A program made the translations under genes and the position numbers. Positions 31,159 to 32,000 of a stretch of DNA of 32,000 nucleotides are shown in pieces; position 1 is the stretch's first letter; each line of letters starts with the position of its first letter. A model generated the notes under the pieces. That model had not been told where the DNA came from and ran no database searches. It saw only the letters and a program-made list of their open reading frames with translations. The stretch comes from Candidatus Saccharimonadota bacterium (lineage in GTDB: Bacteria > Patescibacteriota > Gracilibacteria > BD1-5 > UBA6164), in assembly GCA_965229705.1 (NCBI GenBank), contig OZ245922.1, forward strand, positions 600,001-632,000. The letters run 5' to 3'.

Positions 31159-32000
31159 ATGAAAAACTCTCTTCTTATTGCTCTTATTATGATATGCTCA
31201 CTTATCTCTGGGTTGATGTGAAGCGTATTTTTTACCTCTCTAACTCTGTCCTCATGAGAGAATAGAGAATTGAAAAACTCAAAAAAATATAATTCTCAAG
31301 TACCCACTGTCTCCCTCAAACAGCTTGAATCAGAAATCACACAAATTGTCGAAAAAATTTCTCCAAGTGTTGTAAGTATTGTGATATCAAAAGACCTCCC
31401 TATCTTTCGTAGTGATCCTTGGGGATTTTTTCAAGAACCTGCAGGAAGTGTTTCGAGAAAAATCTGAGGATGAAGTGGTTTTTTTATCAGTGAAGATGGA
31501 AAAATCCTTACCAATAAGCATGTTGTTTCTGATAAAAATGCTGACTATACTGTGGTGCTCAAAGATGGTTCTGAATATAGTACTGAGATTCTTGCTCTTG
31601 ATCCTATCAATGATCTTGCCGTAATACAGATAGTTGATGCGCAAAAAAAATTTACACCTCTCATAATCAATCAAGATATCTCTGAGTTACAGATAGGTCA
31701 GTTTGGTATTGCTATTTGAAATGCTTTGGCTGAGTTTCAAAACTCTGTTTCTCTATGAATCATCTCTGGGAAAAATCGAAGTATCACCGCAAGTGGAGAA
31801 ACACTCTCTGGACTCCTACAAACTGACGCAGCTATAAACCCAGGAAATAGTTGAGGTCCTCTTGTGAGCCTGAATGGTGAAGTAGTTTGAATCAATACAG
31901 CGATTGCCGCTCAAGGAAACTCTGTTGGTTTTGCCTTTGCCTTAAGTGCTGAACGCATTGAATATATACTACAAAGTATCGAAAAATCATGAAGGATTAA
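31159..32000 (+). CDS. htrA: HtrA/DegP-family serine protease (3' end outside window)
   Basis: The ATG directly follows the radA stop. N-terminal TM segment, GSGFFISEDGKILTNKHVV (His), NDLAVIQI (Asp) and TDAAINPGNSGGPL (Ser). The frame is open to the window edge. Confidence 0.9.

Noticed and set aside
1-32000. Interpretation of the fragmented ORFs as pseudogenes, or as a Mycoplasma-type code (UGA=Trp)
   Set aside because: TGA consistently replaces invariant Gly in P-loops and catalytic motifs, TGG still encodes Trp, and the frames are otherwise intact. Decay would also produce TAA/TAG stops and frameshifts, and I did not find any.

Overview
AT-rich bacterial fragment that is only readable under translation table 25 (UGA = Gly, as in Gracilibacteria/BD1-5 and Absconditabacteria/SR1). 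The supplied standard-code ORF track is fragmented, and I rebuilt every gene by reading through in-frame TGA. TGA falls on invariant glycines: RadA Walker A GEP-G-I-G-KST, ThyA W-G-DL-G-PVYG, HtrA GNS-G-GPL, SecA MKT-G-EGKT, Dcm S-G-IGG and G-SPPC. Housekeeping genes: truB, lepB, def, gpsA, tmk, a Nudix-like gene, thyA, a GT4 glycosyltransferase, a PHP phosphoesterase, a TrmB-like regulator, holB-like, a small lipoprotein, secA, tRNA-Leu(CAA), radA and the 5' part of an htrA-like protease. One 5.2 kb gene encodes a 1728-aa surface protein with multiple PKD repeats. Main accessory feature: a ~7 kb integrated element (3228-10205) in the 3' end of tRNA-Lys(UUU), bounded by a 23-bp direct repeat. 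It carries a C-M-R restriction-modification operon (XRE controller, C5 methyltransferase, BglII-like endonuclease), an unknown 351-aa gene, a hairpin-dense origin-like region, a Rep_trans-type rolling-circle initiator and a large serine recombinase whose ORF runs across the att site. To its left (about 1965-3250) is the decayed remnant of a related element: a DinJ/RelB-type toxin-antitoxin pair, the C-terminal stub of a second serine recombinase, and a 101-bp repeat shared with the intact element. Other oddities: a cluster of GC-rich perfect palindromes between convergent genes, with a related copy inside an insertion in thyA, and PDWLKG motifs in the predicted cytoplasmic tail of the giant protein. 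All family assignments come from motif recognition by eye. No database search was run.
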